The notes beneath the pieces were generated by a model. That model was given only the letters and a program-made list of their open reading frames with translations. It searched no databases and had not been told where the DNA came from. The translations under genes were made by a program, and so were the position numbers. A stretch of DNA of 48,699 nucleotides from a virus. Its lineage: Duplodnaviria; Caudoviricetes. Location: positions 1-48,699 of IMG/VR virus record IMGVR_UViG_3300035008_000005; one strand, 5' to 3'. Positions 34,339-43,376 of this stretch are shown piece by piece (positions within the stretch are counted from its first letter, which is position 1; each line of letters opens with the position of its first letter).

Positions 34339-35684
34339 GCTGCGAGCCTCCGTTGATCGAGCAGCGCAGCCAGCCGCGCGAGGATCCATTCACCGTTAGA
34401 AGCCGCCCAGCTATTGCCGAGCGCCTTGTATCGGGGGCCATCGGCGGCGGGCTTGCCGCGATATTCGATGTCGGTGAAGCCGTCCGGGAAGTCCTGAAGA
34501 CGCTCGCACTCGGTCGGCGTAAGGCGGCGGACCTGCCAGCCTTGTGCTATCGACGGCCCGGGAAATCCGGTGTCCATTGGGCCGGTGTGGTCGCCGTAAA
34601 ATAGAACATCGGACTGGCGAGCGTCGAATGCCACCGCCATTTGCCCGCCGCCGTTCGCATGGCTCTTGTCGTGCCCCATGCTGCGGAGGGTCGGCGAAGG
34701 GTCGCCGGGATTTCCGATGCCCGTTCCCGGAGCACCGCCGCTTGATCCATCCGCGCGATTGTTCGTCATCGTCGCGCCGCGACTGGCCTGCCGCATGTCG
34801 ATTGGGATTATCGGCGTCCCGCGCCCAGTCCCGTCTTCGCTCGCATCAAAACCCTCGGCGCGGAGGCTATGGGCGACGAAATGCCCACACCCGCCGTTGA
34901 TGTGCTGATCTTCGAGGCCCTGCTTATCGCCGAGCGTCGTGTTGAGCCTCGGGGCGACGTCGTGGCAGTGGATCAAATGTCCGGCTTGGGCCTGATTGTC
35001 ATCTGCGCCACATGTTCCAACGCCATTTGAAGTGAGCGCGGCAACTCGCGTCCCCGTTTCCCGGCGCGGCGCAGTATTCCCAGACAGGCTTTTGCGCTCA
35101 AATAATACCGCTGCGGGATCGGCCCCTTCTCCAAAATCTGCGACAACGAACACACGGCGGCGTCGTTGGGCCACTCCGAAATATTGAGCGTCGAAAACCC
35201 GCCAAGCTGCCCGTGCCCTTGGCCCGGCAACCATACCTGCACTGGGCCATTTTCCGTCGAGTGGCGAACGCAGGGCATCATCTGCCCCGACAAGGCCTCC
35301 CAAGAAACTGCCGAAGGCGTTGTCGGGCATGTTGAGCCAGCCGGGGACGTTTTCGACAAGAAGGTTTCGAGGTCTAATTGCATGTGCTATTTCCATGAAA
35401 CGGAGGGACAGGTTGCCGCGGTCGCCAGCGGTCCCGGCGCGCAGGCCCGCGACGCTGAAATCCTGACAGGGCGGGCCTCCGACGAGCAGGTCGAGCGGGC
35501 CGAAGGCGGATGCGCGTTGCAGGAAGTCGTCGGCCGTCACGTCGCCGAGATTGACCGAATGCGGGAAGCGCGCAGCGAGCACGGCGGAGGGGAATTTTTC
35601 GACCTCGGCGCACCAGACCCAATCGAATTGGGGTCCGCCGAGTTCGGGGGCTCCGATGCCGGAAAAGCAGGATGCGGCTTTCAT
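34335..35684 (-). CDS. C5-cytosine DNA methyltransferase (no adjacent restriction enzyme recognised)
   Basis: FSGIG, GGPPCQDFS, ENV, QRRRRVF, RRLTPTECERLQDFPD, YKALGNS. Confidence 0.95.
   Translation of the reverse strand: MKAASCFSGIGAPELGGPQFDWVWCAEVEKFPSAVLAARFPHSVNLGDVTADDFLQRASAFGPLDLLVGGPPCQDFSVAGLRAGTAGDRGNLSLRFMEIAHAIRPRNLLVENVPGWLNMPDNAFGSFLGGLVGADDALRSPLDGKWPSAGMVAGPRARAAWRVFDAQYFGVAQRRRRVFVVADFGEGADPAAVLFERKSLSGNTAPRRETGTRVAALTSNGVGTCGADDNQAQAGHLIHCHDVAPRLNTTLGDKQGLEDQHINGGCGHFVAHSLRAEGFDASEDGTGRGTPIIPIDMRQASRGATMTNNRADGSSGGAPGTGIGNPGDPSPTLRSMGHDKSHANGGGQMAVAFDARQSDVLFYGDHTGPMDTGFPGPSIAQGWQVRRLTPTECERLQDFPDGFTDIEYRGKPAADGPRYKALGNSWAASNGEWILARLAALLDQRRLAA
34973..35383 (-). CDS. Nested alternate-frame polypeptide (M.EcoHK31I beta-like)
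   Basis: Fully inside the methyltransferase gene; GGAA SD-like; SLSQILE..P.RYYLSAKACLGILRRA.KRG..LP. Confidence 0.7.
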   Translation of the reverse strand: MQLDLETFLSKTSPAGSTCPTTPSAVSWEALSGQMMPCVRHSTENGPVQVWLPGQGHGQLGGFSTLNISEWPNDAAVCSLSQILEKGPIPQRYYLSAKACLGILRRAGKRGRELPRSLQMALEHVAQMTIRPKPDI

Positions 35685-36004
35685 GCCAGCCCCTCCAATC
35701 GAAGGGTGTCGCGCACATCGTCGACAGAATAGGCGGCGAAGGCCAAGCCCCCTGCCCGCTGTACGGCCTGCGCAAATTTCACCTGTTCGGGCTTCAAGCG
35801 GTCTTTTCCGATCTTTGCGTCGATCCAGACCGATCGCCCTTTGATCGTCGCCGCGATGTCGAGACGGCCTTTTTTGCCGATCTTCACCGGACGCCCGGCC
35901 TTGTCGAACAACAGACCCGGCGTTTCGATGTGGCACGACAGGCCGCCGATCTCGGAAATGAAGATGCGGATTTTGCGGACAAGGTCGTCGTGGGGGGCGC
36001 TCAC
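35681..36004 (-). CDS. VRR-NUC-like nuclease
   Basis: G.LDI...WIDAK...L.PEQ.KF...GG; GTG start overlapping upstream stop. Confidence 0.8.
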   Translation of the reverse strand: MSAPHDDLVRKIRIFISEIGGLSCHIETPGLLFDKAGRPVKIGKKGRLDIAATIKGRSVWIDAKIGKDRLKPEQVKFAQAVQRAGGLAFAAYSVDDVRDTLRLEGLA

Positions 36005-37116
36005 TGGATCACCGTCACTTTCTCGGCCGCGCGCGTGACCGCGGTATAAAGCCAGTTCGCACGGGCATCGCGAAACGCGCCGCTCTCGTCGAACACGATG
36101 ACGTGATCCCACTGGCTGCCCTGAGATTTGTGGCAGGTGATCGCCCATCCAAAAGTGAATTCGTCGTACTTCTGACGTTCGCGCCATTCGATCTTGTGCT
36201 CAGCACCGACGAAAAATTCCTCGGCGACCTCGACCGTCAAAGGGTCACGATCCTCGTCGAGCGATGTCACCTCGATAGACAAGCATCCGAATTTGTCGGC
36301 AACGCTGTCCGCCATCCACATGCCGCCGTTGAAGATGCTCTTGGCTCGCTTGTTCTTGAGGCAAATCAACTTGTCGCCGACGGTCGGGTGAAAATCCTCG
36401 GCATCGCCCGCCAATCCTTTGAGCGCGCGGATCCGGCGGTTATATGCGACGCGGGTGCGGTTCATGCCGCACAGAAGCTGGTCAGACGACAGCACCAATT
36501 CGCGCAGACGGTCGTGGCCGATGTCTGCGCGAGCGGTGACGAGGCTGTCACCATAGGCGCCGACGGCAAGTCGATTGCCTTCGCGAATGTCCATGCTCAT
36601 CCGAATGATCGGGTTTTCGGCCGCCTGGCGGTGAACCTCGGTCAGCATCACGTCGGGCGCCGAGTTGATGAAGAAACCCTCATCGCGGACAGGCGGCAGC
36701 TGTGCCGGATCGCCAAGGACGAGGATGCGCTTGCCAAACGAAAGAAGGTCTTTCGCAAGTTCGGCGCCGACCATCGACACTTCGTCGACGATCAGAAGCG
36801 CGGCGTCGCAAAGGTCACTTTCGTTGTTGAGCGTGAAAGTCGCCTCTCCGGTGCGCTCGTTCACCTCAACCTTGTAAATCAGAGAATGAATCGTGCTCGC
36901 GTCATCGCACCCTTTTTTGCGCAGGACGAGCGCGGCCTTGCCGGTGAAGGTGGCATAGAGCACCGAACCCTTGACCGACTGCGCCAGTTCTTTCGCGAGC
37001 GTCGTTTTGCCCGTCCCGGCATAGCCAAACAGGCGAAACACCTGCTTGCCGGACTTGTCGGCCAGCCATGCCTTGACGTCGGCGATCGCCCGTTCCTGTT
37101 GAGGTGACCAGCTCAT
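36001..37116 (-). CDS. SF1 RecD/Dda-like helicase
   Basis: GYAGTGKTT, VDEVSMV, GDPAQLPPV, LTEVHRQ, TCHKSQGSQW, YTAVTRA. Confidence 0.92.
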   Translation of the reverse strand: MSWSPQQERAIADVKAWLADKSGKQVFRLFGYAGTGKTTLAKELAQSVKGSVLYATFTGKAALVLRKKGCDDASTIHSLIYKVEVNERTGEATFTLNNESDLCDAALLIVDEVSMVGAELAKDLLSFGKRILVLGDPAQLPPVRDEGFFINSAPDVMLTEVHRQAAENPIIRMSMDIREGNRLAVGAYGDSLVTARADIGHDRLRELVLSSDQLLCGMNRTRVAYNRRIRALKGLAGDAEDFHPTVGDKLICLKNKRAKSIFNGGMWMADSVADKFGCLSIEVTSLDEDRDPLTVEVAEEFFVGAEHKIEWRERQKYDEFTFGWAITCHKSQGSQWDHVIVFDESGAFRDARANWLYTAVTRAAEKVTVIQ

Positions 37117-38723
37117 GCAGCCACCCTCTCATCAGCGATCTCGCGCAGCACCGCCCCGGTGAATACCTCAGGATGCTCGCGCTCGATCCATTGAAACACC
37201 GACGGCTTTTCGGCACGGATCCACATCAACGCCGCCACGGCACCCTTCGACGCCGCGGGCATTCCTTCCTTGCGATAGGCTTTGACCTGCATTGGGGTGA
37301 GACCGATCGAGTCAGCAAATTGCTGGGCCTCGATGCGGCCCTGAAGCACATGGCGCGCCCAGGCTTCGGGATTTCGCTGGCCGCGCTGGCGACCGACACG
37401 GATAAGGTCATCGAGCGTTTCCGCCTGCCCCTGCTCGCGTTTCTTCGCCTGCATCTCGGCCCGGCGCAGCGCCTCGACGTCGATCTCTTTCAGATCGCCC
37501 TCGACCTGCTCGATCTCGCGAACCTGCGCGACATACACATGGCCGCAGTTCGGGCACTCGGGCACCGGTCGGAACACGGCGAAGCATTCGGAGCAGGTGC
37601 GTATCGTGACTTCGGATTTTTCGCCGGCCTTGCGCTTTTCCCGGTCGTCCAGAGACCATGTGCGATCGTCGTCGGGAAAGCCGTGCCCCTGCCCGTTCAG
37701 TTCGCGCGGGAGCGAATTGCCCGCATGATCGAGAATGATTGCATAATCCTTGCCGGGCGCCGGCCTCAGCGCGCGGCCGACCTGCTGCAGATAGAGCGAC
37801 AGGGATTTGGTCGGGCGCAGGAGAATGACGGCCTCGATCGCGGGCACGTCAAAACCTTCCCCGAAAAGCTCACAATTTGATAGCACGAGCGTTTCGCCGC
37901 CGATGAAGCGCTGGATCGCCGCGTCGCGCGTCGTCGTGTCCATCGTGCCGTCGACATGTTCGGCCGCGATACCCGCCAACTGAAACTGCTGAACGATGTG
38001 GCGCGAATGCTCGATATTGACCGCGAACGCGACGGCGCGCTTGCCGGGGCAGAGTTTCTGATAATGTTTCACCGCGTCGCCGACGATCGACGGCTTGTCC
38101 ATCACCTCGGCGAGTTCGTCGCGTTTCAGGTCGCCGGCTTGAGTCCCGACCGATGACAGGTCGGGAACGTGAGGCGCGAACAGGCGATATTTCGACAGCG
38201 CCCCGGCCTCGATCAACTGCTTGACCGTCGGCCCATTGACCATGCGCCCGAACCAACGCCCGAGCCCGACGCCATCGAGCCGCCACGGGGTCGCGGTCAG
38301 GCCAATGATCTTCGCATCGGGGAACGCGTCGAAAATGGCCTGCCACTGACCCGCGCCGAGATGATGGCATTCGTCGAAAATGATCAGATCGGGCGGGGTG
38401 AGCTTGTCGAGGCGGCGCGCGACGGTCTGGATCGAACCGATTTGCACCAGCTTGTGCGGGTCTGTCGAATGCCCGCCCTGGATGATGCCGTGAACGATAC
38501 CCATTGAGGAAAAGGTGCGGCTCGTCTGCCCGATCAACTCACGGCGATGGGTCAGCCACCAGCAGACTTTGCCCTTCTGCGCGGCGCCGTGGATCATATA
38601 GGAGCCCGAGACCGTCTTGCCGCCGCCGGTTGCGAGCTGAAGCAGGATCGCGCGGATACGCTCTTTGAAGCCTTCGCGGGCGCCGTCGAGCATTGTTTGT
38701 TGGTAGGGGCGGAGGTGGATCAC
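37113..38723 (-). CDS. SF2 DEAD/DEAH helicase with Zn finger
   Basis: LRPYQ, ATGGGKT, DECHH, TATP, EGFDVP, QQVGRALR, CSEC...CPNCG. Confidence 0.93.
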   Translation of the reverse strand: MIHLRPYQQTMLDGAREGFKERIRAILLQLATGGGKTVSGSYMIHGAAQKGKVCWWLTHRRELIGQTSRTFSSMGIVHGIIQGGHSTDPHKLVQIGSIQTVARRLDKLTPPDLIIFDECHHLGAGQWQAIFDAFPDAKIIGLTATPWRLDGVGLGRWFGRMVNGPTVKQLIEAGALSKYRLFAPHVPDLSSVGTQAGDLKRDELAEVMDKPSIVGDAVKHYQKLCPGKRAVAFAVNIEHSRHIVQQFQLAGIAAEHVDGTMDTTTRDAAIQRFIGGETLVLSNCELFGEGFDVPAIEAVILLRPTKSLSLYLQQVGRALRPAPGKDYAIILDHAGNSLPRELNGQGHGFPDDDRTWSLDDREKRKAGEKSEVTIRTCSECFAVFRPVPECPNCGHVYVAQVREIEQVEGDLKEIDVEALRRAEMQAKKREQGQAETLDDLIRVGRQRGQRNPEAWARHVLQGRIEAQQFADSIGLTPMQVKAYRKEGMPAASKGAVAALMWIRAEKPSVFQWIEREHPEVFTGAVLREIADERVAA

Positions 38724-38884
38724 CGCCCACCCCTCGCCAGCCCATTGGCCCGCGCGATACCGGCGACAGTCGTCGTCGACCGGGAAAATTCACGGGCCAC
38801 GCGCACGTAAGGAGTCTTCGGCCGCGCTGCGAGATAGGCCACGATTTCGTCGCGCTCGCGGGGTTTGATGCGGTTGGGGATCAT
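38720..38884 (-). CDS. 54-aa HTH-like protein
   Basis: Hand-translated MIPNRIKPRERDEIVAYL...VAREFSRSTTTVAGIARANGL; coupled at both ends. Confidence 0.65.
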   Translation of the reverse strand: MIPNRIKPRERDEIVAYLAARPKTPYVRVAREFSRSTTTVAGIARANGLARGGR

Positions 38885-39363
38885 GCAGACACCCGCAGCG
38901 CTTCAATTTCCGAGATATACGCCCCCAGCTCGCGATAGGCCTCCTTGAGCATCGGCAGCGCGTCCAGCCGCTCCTTCGGCAATTCGACGATCCCGCCCGG
39001 CCCGTTCGGGCAGCGCATCTTGCAGATCGTTGCCACAGCCTCTGCGAGCGGAGTCAGCGGATCCGACGCTTTGCGATCGAGGTTCTCGGCGCGCGCGCCG
39101 TATAGTCGATGATATGGGTCGACATAATGTGCGCCATATCGTGCCCCGATGCGCGCGATCGTCACGGCATTCAGGTCGGCTCGCTCATTGCGGGCATTGC
39201 GCACGGTGCCGTCGCTGATGCCCAACTGGTCGGCGGTTTCCTGATCGGTTTCGCCATAATCGCGCTGGACGTCACGGATGATGGTGGCGACTGCACCGCG
39301 CAAAGACTTTTGCGTCGGCAAAGACAAAGGCAGAAAGCCATTTCGGTCCAAAGGCTTCATCAC
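38881..39363 (-). CDS. CII-like HTH regulator
   Basis: ETADQLGISDGTVRNARNE; downstream of cro. Confidence 0.7.
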   Translation of the reverse strand: MMKPLDRNGFLPLSLPTQKSLRGAVATIIRDVQRDYGETDQETADQLGISDGTVRNARNERADLNAVTIARIGARYGAHYVDPYHRLYGARAENLDRKASDPLTPLAEAVATICKMRCPNGPGGIVELPKERLDALPMLKEAYRELGAYISEIEALRVSA

Positions 39364-39601
39364 AAAATCCCATGATCGAGAGAAAAAACAGCGACGTTGG
39401 CGAGCTTCGCGGGAAGATGAGTTTCCTCCAGACGGCCCGCGTTGACGCCCGAGAATTCAGACGCAGCTCGCCCTTCGCAGCCGCCGTCGCGGTCGGCTGT
39501 CGAGTATCCGGTGGGGGTGTTCTGGAATGTGCGCCCGCGCTCGGAGGGGATTTGGGGAAACCGAGCGCGGGCTGTCCCGCCGAGGGGTTGGGCGGGAGGG
39601 G

Positions 39602-39802
39602 TCATGCGGCGGCGCTCGACTGGTCGGGCGTGTATTCCGCCATGAACTTGCGAATTTTGGCCTCGGTCTCGGGCCACAGTCGCCGACCGCTGCGAAGCTG
39701 ACGAACCAGATGACGATCATTGCTCGCCATGTCGCCGAATGCCGTCGGCGAAATCTCTTTCGCTGCGATAAAGGCTTCGATATCTTCGAGGATGCTTGCC
39801 AT
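39602..39802 (-). CDS. cro: Cro-like repressor
   Basis: 66 aa, divergent from cI; IEAFI...SPTAFG...D..LV..LR.GR. Confidence 0.8.
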   Translation of the reverse strand: MASILEDIEAFIAAKEISPTAFGDMASNDRHLVRQLRSGRRLWPETEAKIRKFMAEYTPDQSSAAA

Positions 39803-39810
39803 GCTTGCGA

Positions 39811-39892
39811 TTGATAGGTGTGAAATTGCACACCGTCAAGGTGTGATATTTCGCGACTGCTCAGATATTATCGAACTGTGCCATTTCACACC
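39811..39892. promoter_or_regulatory. cro promoter and three operators
   Basis: Minus strand TTGACG-N17-TATCAA; GGTGTG-N6-CACACC at 39817-39834, degenerate copies at 39840-39857 and 39875-39892. Confidence 0.8.
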
Positions 39893-39893
39893 G

Positions 39894-40517
39894 ATGGCAG
39901 AAGCATTCGACATCGAGGCATTGCGCGCATCCGTTCAGCGGCAGATGGACCGCGTTGGCATTAAGCGAAAGCCGCTGGCCAAGGAGGCCGGGCTTGGCGA
40001 GACCGCGATCCGCGACCTTTTCAACCCTGAGCGGAAATTCGTGCGAGCCGACACGCTGGTGAAACTGGCGGAATATTTCGAGACGACGGTCGATGACTTG
40101 AGCGGTCGCGATCCGGTGTTCGTGCACGGCAACATCGGCGCCGGCGGCGAAATCCTGTGGCTGGAAGAAAGCGAGCCGGAGAACGTGCCGCGCCCCGCGT
40201 TCACGCCAGGCCGCTTGATGGCCCTGCGCGTCTGCGGCGATTCAATGCTTCCGAAATATGATGATGGCGACATCGTATATGTGCGCCGCGATCATGAGGG
40301 AATTCTGCCCGAATATATCGACGACTATTGCGCGGTCCACACGGCAGACGGCGGCACCTATCTCAAGATACTTTCGCTAGGGACCGAGGCCAACCGCTAT
40401 ACGCTGCGGTCGCTGAACGCGAAGGACATGACCAACGTCGAGGTTTTATGGGCGTCGCCGGTGGAGGGAGTTTTGCCGCGGCGCGCGCTCGAAAAATGGA
40501 AGTCGCGGCAGATTTGA
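39894..40517 (+). CDS. cI: CI-like repressor (HTH plus S24 peptidase)
   Basis: LAKEAGLGETAIRDL HTH; GAG cleavage site; VCGDSMLP; YLK. Confidence 0.92.
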   Translation: MAEAFDIEALRASVQRQMDRVGIKRKPLAKEAGLGETAIRDLFNPERKFVRADTLVKLAEYFETTVDDLSGRDPVFVHGNIGAGGEILWLEESEPENVPRPAFTPGRLMALRVCGDSMLPKYDDGDIVYVRRDHEGILPEYIDDYCAVHTADGGTYLKILSLGTEANRYTLRSLNAKDMTNVEVLWASPVEGVLPRRALEKWKSRQI

Positions 40518-40536
40518 GGAAATCAGGGGGAGGATT

Positions 40537-40947
40537 ATGCTGAGGATTCTTCTGGCAGTAGGGTTGGCGATTTCATCGCCCGTGTTCGCGCAAGAGACCG
40601 CGAGCAAGATCATCATGTATCGACCGGGATCGGTCGTCGGCATGGCCCTCGCGTGCCCGATCCGATACGAGGGCAAGGAGGTCGTCGAGCTGGGCCGGAA
40701 CAAATATGCCGAATGGACCGTGCAGCCGGGCCGTTATATCCTGATGAACAAGACCGCCAGCATCGAGGTGGCCGTCGGCGCCGGTGAGACGCGGTATGTC
40801 CGATGCGCGATAAAGACCGGCTTTCTATCGGGCCGTGCCGACCTGCAAATTTCCGATGAGGCAACGTTTAAGGCGAAATTCAACGAATTCGAACGCAAAG
40901 ATGTCAACGCCGAGTTTATGGAACAGACACCGATCGCCGCCAACTAG
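40537..40947 (+). CDS. Exported protein (DUF2846-like), co-transcribed with cI
   Basis: GGAGG SD; signal peptide ending VFA; IIMYRP...QPGRY. Confidence 0.75.
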   Translation: MLRILLAVGLAISSPVFAQETASKIIMYRPGSVVGMALACPIRYEGKEVVELGRNKYAEWTVQPGRYILMNKTASIEVAVGAGETRYVRCAIKTGFLSGRADLQISDEATFKAKFNEFERKDVNAEFMEQTPIAAN

Positions 40948-40962
40948 ATCGCCTAATCCGCC

Positions 40963-40994
40963 AAACCCCGCCCGAGCAATCCGGCGGGGTTTTT
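40963..40994 (+). terminator. Intrinsic terminator of the cI operon
   Basis: AAACCCCGCC...GGCGGGGTTTTT. Confidence 0.8.
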
Positions 40995-41010
40995 CGCGCC
41001 TTGACAATAA

Positions 41011-41065
41011 AGTGTGAACCTACACACCGATTATTGTTGACAGGTGTGAAATCGCACACCATAAC
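41011..41065 (+). promoter_or_regulatory. Early promoter with two operators
   Basis: TTGACA(41037)-N17-CATAAC; operators AGTGTGAACCTACACACC (41011-41028) and GGTGTGAAATCGCACACC (41043-41060). Confidence 0.85.
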
Positions 41066-41115
41066 GACTCCATCACCCGCCGACCTCCCAACCGGGACGC
41101 GAGAAGCGGGCAACG

Positions 41116-41388
41116 ATGGAGACGACCTTGCGCCACGACCCCGCCCTCATCAAAGCCTTCGACGCGAACCGCCGCGCGATTGCGCTGAGCCTCGTTCCCG
41201 AAACCGCCGTGCGCAACTTCGAGGCGATGCCGGTTCACGAGCGGCGCCACCGGCACGAAGCCGCGACGATGGAGGCGATCCGTCAGGACATTCTCGCGAA
41301 GAAGCCGAACGCTGACGCCGCATATCATGCGCGGCTTGCCGATCAGTCGCGCCGGACGGCCGACGCTTTGAAGGCGGTGGGGCTGTGA
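41116..41388 (+). CDS. Hypothetical early protein
   Basis: First ORF after the early promoter. Confidence 0.7.
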   Translation: METTLRHDPALIKAFDANRRAIALSLVPETAVRNFEAMPVHERRHRHEAATMEAIRQDILAKKPNADAAYHARLADQSRRTADALKAVGL

Positions 41389-41582
41389 GCGGGGCCAGCG
41401 CCTATCGCGGTTGGGCGATCGCGTTCGACTATGGCCGCTACACCGCGACCAGCCCTGATTACGATGCATCTTACGAGGGGCCGGAAGACGGCTGGGTCGA
41501 CAACGGTCTGATCGTCGAAGCGCGCACGCTCGACGACCTTTGCGCCGAAGTCGATGCCAAGATCGAAGGGGCCACAGCATGA
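41385..41582 (+). CDS. Hypothetical protein
   Basis: YRGWAI...PDYDASYEGPEDGW; coupled. Confidence 0.75.
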   Translation: MSGASAYRGWAIAFDYGRYTATSPDYDASYEGPEDGWVDNGLIVEARTLDDLCAEVDAKIEGATA

Positions 41583-41749
41583 CCCTCGCCCTCCGCATCA
41601 CCGAAGCCGAGGAAGCCTTTGCCGACGCGGCGCTTCTGAACCTGTCCCGCCTTCGCGACTCTCTGCGGGTCCGTGGCGAACACCTCACAGCCGACCTTTT
41701 CGACGACGCGATCCATGCGGTCGAGGCGGCTTCGCGGGAGATGAAATGA
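41579..41749 (+). CDS. Hypothetical protein
   Basis: ATGA coupling. Confidence 0.6.
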   Translation: MTLALRITEAEEAFADAALLNLSRLRDSLRVRGEHLTADLFDDAIHAVEAASREMK

Positions 41750-42465
41750 TGAATGCCCCATCAAAGATTGAAGCTGAAAAGCTGCCGTTCAAACTGCGGT
41801 CTACCCTCAAGAAACCGGTCCATTGCTTCGCTGTGCGGCTCGATGCGCTGCTTCGTGTCCGCCCGTTTATCTCAACCGAGATGACGCGCTATTATCTCGG
41901 CGGCGTATTTGTCCACGCCCACGATAGCGGCGGCGCGGTATGCGCAGCTACAGACGGTCATCGTCTCGGGGTCCGTCGCGATGTCGACGGACTGGTCAAC
42001 GAACCGCAGATCATCCGCTTGCCGAAAGAGATCAAGACGCCTGTCCGCGAACACGCCCGCGCTTGGGCGGTAATGACGCGAACCGGCCCGCTTTTCGCTC
42101 ACCTTTCATTGGTCGATCCGATTCACGACCGCGACCACGACACGCCCGAAAACGCAATCGCCCGGATCGATGATTGTTACCAGCGTTTCGGTGACGTGCT
42201 GATCGACGGCACGTTCCCCGACTATACGCGCATCCTTCCCGCCGAAGCGGAAGCTGATGTCGTTCGCGGGTTCAATGCAAAATATCTGACGAGCTTTGGC
42301 CAAAGCCTGACCATCCGCGGCGGCCAGGAATCTGACCCGCACGTCATATTGGACAGCAGTGATCCAGACTTTCTCGGCGTCCTTATGCCTATGCGTATCA
42401 GCGGGCGGGCTCGACAAGACTGGACGCGCTCACTGGCATACCCGTCAAAGGGGGACGCAGCATGA
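41746..42465 (+). CDS. Short DNA polymerase III beta-clamp-like protein
   Basis: STEMTRYYLGGV, ATDGHRL, IDGTFPDY.RILP, GFNAKYL, VLMPMR. Confidence 0.85.
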   Translation: MMNAPSKIEAEKLPFKLRSTLKKPVHCFAVRLDALLRVRPFISTEMTRYYLGGVFVHAHDSGGAVCAATDGHRLGVRRDVDGLVNEPQIIRLPKEIKTPVREHARAWAVMTRTGPLFAHLSLVDPIHDRDHDTPENAIARIDDCYQRFGDVLIDGTFPDYTRILPAEAEADVVRGFNAKYLTSFGQSLTIRGGQESDPHVILDSSDPDFLGVLMPMRISGRARQDWTRSLAYPSKGDAA

Positions 42466-42680
42466 AACACCCCCACACCCTCGAGGCCTTCAACCGCGCA
42501 TCCTTCGATCCGCCGACGCCCGAAATCATCCCCGCCGAAACCATGCAGGCCGACGAACGCCCGACGCCGCGGTCGGTCCTGTCGAGCATCCCGGCGCGGG
42601 ATTTCTTTGCGGCGGTCGGAATCACCGCGACCCTCTGGTTCATCGCCGCCGCGGTGTCCGTCATCTTTCCGGGAGCCTGA
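42462..42680 (+). CDS. Small membrane protein
   Basis: C-terminal TM; coupled. Confidence 0.65.
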   Translation: MKHPHTLEAFNRASFDPPTPEIIPAETMQADERPTPRSVLSSIPARDFFAAVGITATLWFIAAAVSVIFPGA

Positions 42681-42683
42681 TAC

Positions 42684-43376
42684 ATGGCTGTCAAATATCA
42701 CCGCGATCTTATTCAGGGCAGCGATGACTGGCATCGGGCTCGTCTCGGTCTGATGACGGCATCCGAGTTCAAGCTGGTTCTGACGCCGACGCTCAAGATC
42801 GCCAACAACGACAAACTCCGCGCCCATGTCTGGGAAATCGCGGCGCAGCGTATCAGCGATTACGTCGAGCCGACCTATATCGGCGAGGACATGCTTCGCG
42901 GCATGGACGACGAAATTCTCGCCCGCGACCTTTATGCCAAGCATTACGGGCCGGTCGAGGAAGTGGGTTTCGTCACGAACGACAAGTGGGGCTTTACGCT
43001 CGGCTGCTCGCCCGACGGCCTGGTCGGCACGGACGGCGGCATCGAGGCCAAGTCGCGCCGACAGAAATTCCAGATCCAGACCATCGTCGAAAATTATCGC
43101 GCCGGCGGCATCCCCGACGACTTCATCCTGCAGGTGCAGGGCGAAATGCTCGTCTGCGAGCGCAAGTGGTGGGACTTCATTTCCTACTCTGGCGGTCTGC
43201 ACATGGCCGTCATTCGAGTGCATCCGATCCCCGAAATTCAGGACGCGATCATCGAGGCCGCGGGCGAGTTCGAGAAGAACGTGATGAACGCGATGGCCGA
43301 CTATTTCGAGGCTTTGGAAGCCATGCCGAAGCCGATCCCAACCGAGCGAAAGATTGAACAGGAGATGTTCGTATGA
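42684..43376 (+). CDS. YqaJ/lambda-exonuclease family protein
   Basis: QGSDDWHRARLG.MTAS, MLRG, CSPDGL, IEAK, QVQG. Confidence 0.92.
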   Translation: MAVKYHRDLIQGSDDWHRARLGLMTASEFKLVLTPTLKIANNDKLRAHVWEIAAQRISDYVEPTYIGEDMLRGMDDEILARDLYAKHYGPVEEVGFVTNDKWGFTLGCSPDGLVGTDGGIEAKSRRQKFQIQTIVENYRAGGIPDDFILQVQGEMLVCERKWWDFISYSGGLHMAVIRVHPIPEIQDAIIEAAGEFEKNVMNAMADYFEALEAMPKPIPTERKIEQEMFV

